Origin: Atractiella rhizophila
Lineage: Eukaryota
NCBI GenBank assembly: GCA_021432655.1
Contig: MU271253.1
Location: 62,001 to 120,084 of the forward strand
Direction: 5' to 3'
DNA length: 58,084 bases
The notes under the pieces were generated by a model. It saw nothing but the letters and a program-made list of their open reading frames with translations, had not been told where the DNA came from and ran no database searches. Positions within the stretch are counted from its first letter, which is position 1, and each line of letters starts with the position of its first letter. Made by a program: the position numbers and the translations under genes. Shown piece by piece: positions 52,234 to 58,084 of this stretch.

Positions 52234-54472
52234 ATGAAGAACTTGTTCTACCTACTAGCAGGATTGGAGGTGGCTTCTGCGCTGAATACTATCTCATTGA
52301 CCAGCAGGCGTAAGAGTTCAGAAAGGATCTGGTCTGAGCAGCAGGGGAAGAGAGCATGGAAGAGAGCTTCGGGAACGGTGCCTGCGACCAATGGTATGTC
52401 AAAGATTGATGATGTTTTCATGCAAGCACAGCTTCTAATGATTGCAAACAGGCCCCCCACTGGACAGAATCTACGCTGGAACGGTGCAGCTTGGTACACC
52501 ACCCCAAAGCTTTCTTGTCCAGGTTTGAGTTCCTCCTGCATCAACTTCAAGCGGCACTGATGCGATGCCTCGCCTCCAGTTTGACAGTACGTCCCCTCTT
52601 CCGCGGTAAAAACGTACTCAAGTGCGGGAAGCTGTATCATCTGATCTGTGGGTTTGTGAGTTCAGTTTGGCCCATGGTTCTCTAAGGAGCTGATGAATTC
52701 CTAGATGACCCGACTGCTAACGTGCGTTTGCTTTTGCTCCTACGGCGGAGGACAAACAAGTTTGGCATACTGTGTAGACCACTGCCCATCATAAATTCCA
52801 ACCGTCAGCTTCTTCCACTTTTGTCGGTTCCCAAATCCCTTGGTTCGTCTGCTCAGCCTTCACCTTCATTCAGTCACCCTAATTCTTCTGCATTTAGGAA
52901 CATAAGCTATGGTGACGGTGTGTCCGCTGGATTTCCACCTTTCCCCTTTCTGATGAATTTCCTGAAACCTGAAAGGGTACACAACGGACGGATTCGTAGC
53001 CCAAGATACACTCACCATCGCGGGATTCACCATCCCTAATACCGGCTTCGGCCTTGCCAACCACACGACGATAAACTTTGAGCAGCAGGTGGGGGATGGG
53101 ATCATTGGGTTTGGGTTCGCGCAAGCACAGAGCAATCAAACTTCGTTCATGGAGAATCTCGTCGCTGGAAACGGAGGGACGCTCGATCACAACTACTTTT
53201 CGATCTTCTTCGCACGAGATTATACGATCCAGAACACAATCGCCAACACCGACTCGAGCGGTACCTTCGATGATAGCAATTCAGATGGTGGAGAAATCTG
53301 TATCGGTTGCAGTAACTTACAGCATTACAGAGGAAATTTGAAGTGGGTACCGGTGACGAGCGATTCGTACTGGGCTGTGGATACCTCTGGTTTGACCTAC
53401 AAGGGTCGAACGATTGACGGGACGAAGTGTAGGGCTCTCCTTGCCGCCGGATATGACCTGGCTCTCCCACCGTCCGTCCTCCAAGCCTACGCACAAGGGA
53501 TTGGGGCGCAGATTCAGACGATCGGAAGTGGGGGACCTGCATACCAGGTTACTACGACCTGTGCAAACATGGCTACGATGCGGCTGGGATTCGATATTTT
53601 CGGGCAAGTATACGGTGGGTTTTTTCCCCTTCCTATTGCTTCTTGTTTACACGGTTAAGTAGACATAGCTCCTCTCGATCTCTTCTACAAAAACAATAGC
53701 GACTCGTGTAGTTTTTTTGTTTACAGCACGGACGTATGTCTCCCGCTTTCGTTGTCCAGTTTATTCACTAATCCTTTTTGGTGCTGGGTGGTGACAGGCT
53801 CAAGACACCGATGGTACTCCCATGGCCATTCTTGGTGCCGGCTTCCTGAAGAACTGGTACACCGCCTACTCTTTTGACGCCAACAAAGCGCATTCCATTG
53901 GTTTCGCTCAAGCTATCCAACCCAACTCTGGCTCTCTGGCTGGTTCTGGCCTTCCTGGCACGGACGGAACGGCCGCCATCAGTGGGGGAAGCTACACCCC
54001 CACCGATGATCCTTGTCAAGGCACTTGCCACCACCATGGTAGCTCACACATCGGCTTAATCGTGGGATGCGCGGTTGGTGGGGCTGTGGCACTCATCCTC
54101 ATCCTCCTTCTCGCGTTCTGCCTACGCCGTCGCCACAAACGTGCTGGACCGCCACCGAGCGAACCGCCAAACAGAGAGTCCATCTCTTCTCCCATGGGCG
54201 TACCCATTAGCGACAGGTCATCGACACTTTATCAAACGTCGGATGTTTCGCATTCGTACGAAAAAGGGGATCAGGAGCAATTCTTCCAACCTTTCACGAT
54301 GGGACAAATGAACGCTTTGCAGGTCACCGATATGACCAACAGGCACCAGCTGAGTGTGACGCCAGCTTTCGGATACCAGCAATCCCGCGAGGGCTATGGG
54401 GGAAATCCGTACCCGTCCAGATATCCCGAGATTTATTCAGCCCCGCCGACAGCGAACCAGCAAGGACCATGA
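52234..54472 (+). CDS. type I membrane pepsin-family (A1) aspartic protease-like protein, probably catalytically inactive
   Basis: Signal peptide, IYAGTVQLGTPPQSFLVQFD, ISYGDG, DGIIGFG, DGGEICIG, SYWAV, AILGAGFLKNWYTAY..IGFA, TM IGLIVGCAVGGAVALILILLLAFCLRRR, and a cytosolic tail. Confidence 0.85.
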
Positions 54473-55051
54473 TTGTTGTGATTTGTGTTTCCTTTCAGCC
54501 CATTCCTCGACTAATGTAACGAACCGCCATGACTGCATGATTTCTCTAACTGGGTGTACTGATATCATGTAAAAGTCTCAGAAGTAGGAGTATTCTCACA
54601 ATGATGATTTTTTTTGCTGACAAATGTCCTCCTCCTCACCATCATGTTTAGCGCTTTCTCCTAGACCTCTGCTGTTTCCATCACCTCTGCGGTCCACTTT
54701 TTACCAGCCTTCACCTCTCTGAAGGAAGCTCAAGTTTGGCTGGATGAACGACAATCCCCATCAAAAACTTACTATGGAATTTTGAGTATAGCTTTGAAAC
54801 AACGTGAACGTGAATCTCAAGTGAGTGTGGTGACAACAGGGCACATGCCACTGACACACTCGTGTCGATTATTGCAAGTCTCCAGTCATGAAAAACCATG
54901 TGCGAAGAGAAAATAAATTACAACAGAGCGAATCTAAGAACACAACCACTTCACCATCTGTCTCGCCAATGCTTCTGCTGGAGGCTTCACCCATTCCTCA
55001 TTCCCCATCCTCAAACAAAGCTGAGTGAAAGCTGAGAGGGAGGTAGAAGAA

Positions 55052-56890
55052 TCACGACTGCGCATAGCTGCCCGTCCCAAAGAGGCGATCTCCGCTGTCG
55101 CCTAGTCCGGGGGAGATCATACCTTCCTTCGTAAGCTGCACCACCCAATCCAACATCAATAAAAGGTATTCTAGGGATGGAGCATGGAGGGAGAGATGGA
55201 AGGGTGAGGACGCACTTCTTGGTCGACGGCTGCGGTCCAGATCTCCAGTTCGGGAAAGGCGCGCATGACCTTTTGGAGGCCGGGGAAGGAGGCGACGAGG
55301 CAGAGGAGCTTGATGTTCTGTACGGGTATACCCCAATCTTGCTGTTTCGTATCGTATTGCATGCCAAGTCACCGCGTCATGATAAGGTATATAGTCTGCG
55401 ATGGGAAGATAACGCACAAGCATGTGGACGGCTGCGATTGCTGTGCCACCAGTAGCGACAATGGGATCTAGGATCTACATCTCACGTCATGTCAACACGA
55501 GATAGAGGGTACAGAAGCGAAAATGGAGGAGGGAGGTACAAAGACTTCATCTACGATCACCGTCTTTGGGAGTTTATTATAATATTCTACCGGATCAAGC
55601 GTATTCTCATTCCTGAACAGACCGAGATGGAGAACAGTGGCATTAGGAAAGAGGGAGAGGATGCCTGTCTCGTTACGGATCAAGGAGGGCAGAGAGAAAG
55701 GGCGATGAGGAGGACCAACCATCGGTCATGCCGATTCCTGCGCGCAGGATGGGATGCAGCCCGATCCGGCTTGCTACGCGTGCACCCGTGAATTTTGCAA
55801 CTGGGGATTGACACTGGAAATTGAAAGATATTATCAGTTTCAGTCCGTTGGCCTATTTTTGGATGTTTGTGTGGAAGGAGATCACAGCGCAAGAGGGGGA
55901 AACATAGGCGGGAGGTAATAGACAGCATAGCATCTCACAACACTGTAAGATTCCGCCCTCTCAAGGAAAAAGACAATTTGCCAATGTGATGACTCTCATA
56001 ACAAAGAGCAAGATAAGGGTTGGAAGCACGATATGGAAACGTTTCTCGTATGCTTGCCTACTGAAGGATTGATTATCAGACCAAGGCGTTGACTGTCGCG
56101 AAAGCGAACCATCGGCGGACAGAGAGATAGGCAACCCTTCACTGTGTGTGTACAGAAGGATGCTTATTCTTCCATCCACAAATTCATACGCTGCTGTCAG
56201 CATGCAATTGATGGTTTTAAGATTCCAACTGATGAAATACGCGAACGATGTCAACCATGAGGGATACTAGAATTGTTGCACCACATGAGCACGTTTTGTG
56301 CCGCACAAGTTACATTTATGCGCAATGTTTGTAGCCAACTTGGAGCCCGAACTGGCTGTGGCTGTAAAAGAGACTTGGAGGATTGGTTCGTTTTGTTTTG
56401 TGTGCGTGAATGATATCTTCTGCTGTCGGTCTGGACGCAATTATCTGCTTTATGAGACGACTGCAATACGTGACCTCTTTTAATCTATATGGTAGCAAAG
56501 CAACAACCATCTCCACAATGCAATACACATCATGATCGAACGGATACAGATCTCCCTTCAAGTCCTAAACCGGCAAAAGAAGAAAAAGACACACATCAGG
56601 CAGCTGTTGGACCTCCATCTCCCTCGCCGCTTCATACCCAATGATCTGCGCGACGTCCTTGACGAGCTGTCTAAACTCAGGCGCGCGCGTGCCCGCCGAC
56701 CGAATGAGCGTCATCTTTTCCTGGCACAGCGAAGCGCACGAAGCGCAGCGTGAATATCATGTTATGTTACAGCGGCGTAAGGAGCGGGAGGACTGACTTG
56801 GAGGATGGGGTGGGTGAGGATGTGCAGCTTGTCGAGGGAGGAGAGGGTGATTGTGCTTGGATCTGCGGTGGTTGTGGGAATGGACGCCAT
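55052..56890 (-). CDS. FUR1: uracil phosphoribosyltransferase
   Basis: [76 protein letters not shown]. Contains a ~780-nt intron. Confidence 0.92.
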
Positions 56891-57087
56891 GGTGATATAC
56901 TGTATTATCCAAAGATGCTGCCACAGATAGATTGGGTGATAATGAGATGGAGATGACTAAGTTGTTAATACTCCTTTAGTCTCGCTTTGACAATGTAGTG
57001 AGTGGCAAAACGACGAATTTCTCACTCCCGCTATCGAGATATTCCCTTTCCTCCTTTCCTCCCTCTATTGCACCTTTTCCAATAACC

Positions 57088-58084
57088 ATGGTACGCACTC
57101 TCTCCCATGCAGGCAATGGGTGACATTTACGTCGTGCTTCGCTCTCGCTGCTGCCGTGTGTCGTGCATAGTCGGCACCACGGATCATCACCCAGCTCGTC
57201 TGGGTCGGACTGACCATCGTCGGGAAGGCGTTTGCTGAGGCTGGGAAGCAGGCCGTTAGGAGTGCGTCTTTCTCCTTTCTTATTTCTTTCTCATTTCCTC
57301 ATTTCCTTCTCATTTCTCATTTCTTTCTCGTTTCTTATTTCTTTCTCGTTTCTTTGTGGTGGGTTGCTGTGGGTGGGGCGTGTGAGGGAAGGATGTAACC
57401 GCATTGCGAATTAGAGGAAGAGGGAGATTACGCTGTGGGCATATGGCAGCGAGTGGATGATAACCAAATACCCTCGCTCTTTGCTCATGGAGTATCATTC
57501 CTGTCGTAGAATCTCTGCGAGGAGTGGTTCATAGTCATAATCTGCTTGAAGAGGGCAAGGATGTCCATCTTTCGGATCGCCCATAGATGTGGAGGGACAG
57601 GATCACTTCTCCTGATGATCTGTGCATAACGGGAGTGGATTGCTTTTCCTTACAATACCAGATGATATCAGGCCTCAAAGTATAATGCTGACCTCGCAAA
57701 ATGATTCACAGACGCCTCAGCAGGCGGCGCTTCAACTTCCTCGACCTCCTTCTCCTCCGCCTCCCCTCTCACACGACACCACCTCATGACACTAGACGAA
57801 GCCTGCCAAATCCTGAACGTACGTTCGCAGATCATCTCGCGCGGTCTGGACAAGCAATTCCGGTCGACGGCGCCGGCGAACGCGATCGAGGAGTGGAATG
57901 TGGAGCTGGAGCGGATGGCGAAGAACTACGAGATGTATTTCGCGACGAATGCGCCGCCGCTGGAGAAGGCGGCCGCTGCGGTGGCTGGGAAGGGTGCGAA
58001 GGGGGCGAAGGGCGGACAGGGCAGCTTTTATTTGCAGTCGAAGGTGTGGAGGGCGAGGGAGAGGATCGAGGCGGAGGTGGATGT
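57088..58084 (+). CDS. PAM16: mitochondrial import motor subunit Pam16 (Tim16), 3' end runs off the window
   Basis: ATG-only first coding exon, then RIITQLVWVGLTIVGKAFAEAGKQA, MTLDEACQILNV and GSFYLQSKVWRARERIEAE. Confidence 0.93.
57270..57356 (+). repeat. pyrimidine-rich low-complexity repeat (atttct/ttctc units) in a PAM16 intron
   Basis: atttctttctcatttcctcatttccttctcatttctcatttctttctcgtttc... Confidence 0.7.

Noticed and set aside
55986..56064. GTGATGA...CTGA resembling a box C/D snoRNA
   Set aside because: It is antisense to the UPRT host intron, the terminal stem is weak, and I could not recognise an rRNA-complementary guide.

Overview
Intron-rich fungal genomic DNA with short GT-AG introns, probably from a basidiomycete (lineage is inferred). 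About 22 protein-coding genes can be reconstructed by hand. They are two tandem LtrA-like membrane-protein paralogues, two F-box-like genes, an MFSD10-like transporter head-to-head with SPO22/ZIP4, a tail-to-tail pair of Pho80/Pcl-type cyclins, a PEX11-family gene, and an SHPRH/IRC20-like SNF2-RING gene. Also present are MED31, UBC6, RAB7/YPT7, a small Ina17-like gene, a membrane-anchored pepsin-fold protein with both catalytic motifs altered, UPRT and PAM16. The SHPRH-like gene carries an out-of-frame ~2.06 kb internal tandem duplication. The most striking element is a family of four dispersed, apparently intact paralogous genes (26.2-27.8, 42.6-44.3, 45.5-47.2, 49.0-50.7 kb) that the ORF track only fragments. 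After splicing, each encodes an N-terminus resembling a mitochondrial presequence followed by about six C2H2/C2HC zinc fingers. One copy appears to have arrived by inverted segmental duplication together with a decayed PEX11 fragment. All exon boundaries are manual and approximate.
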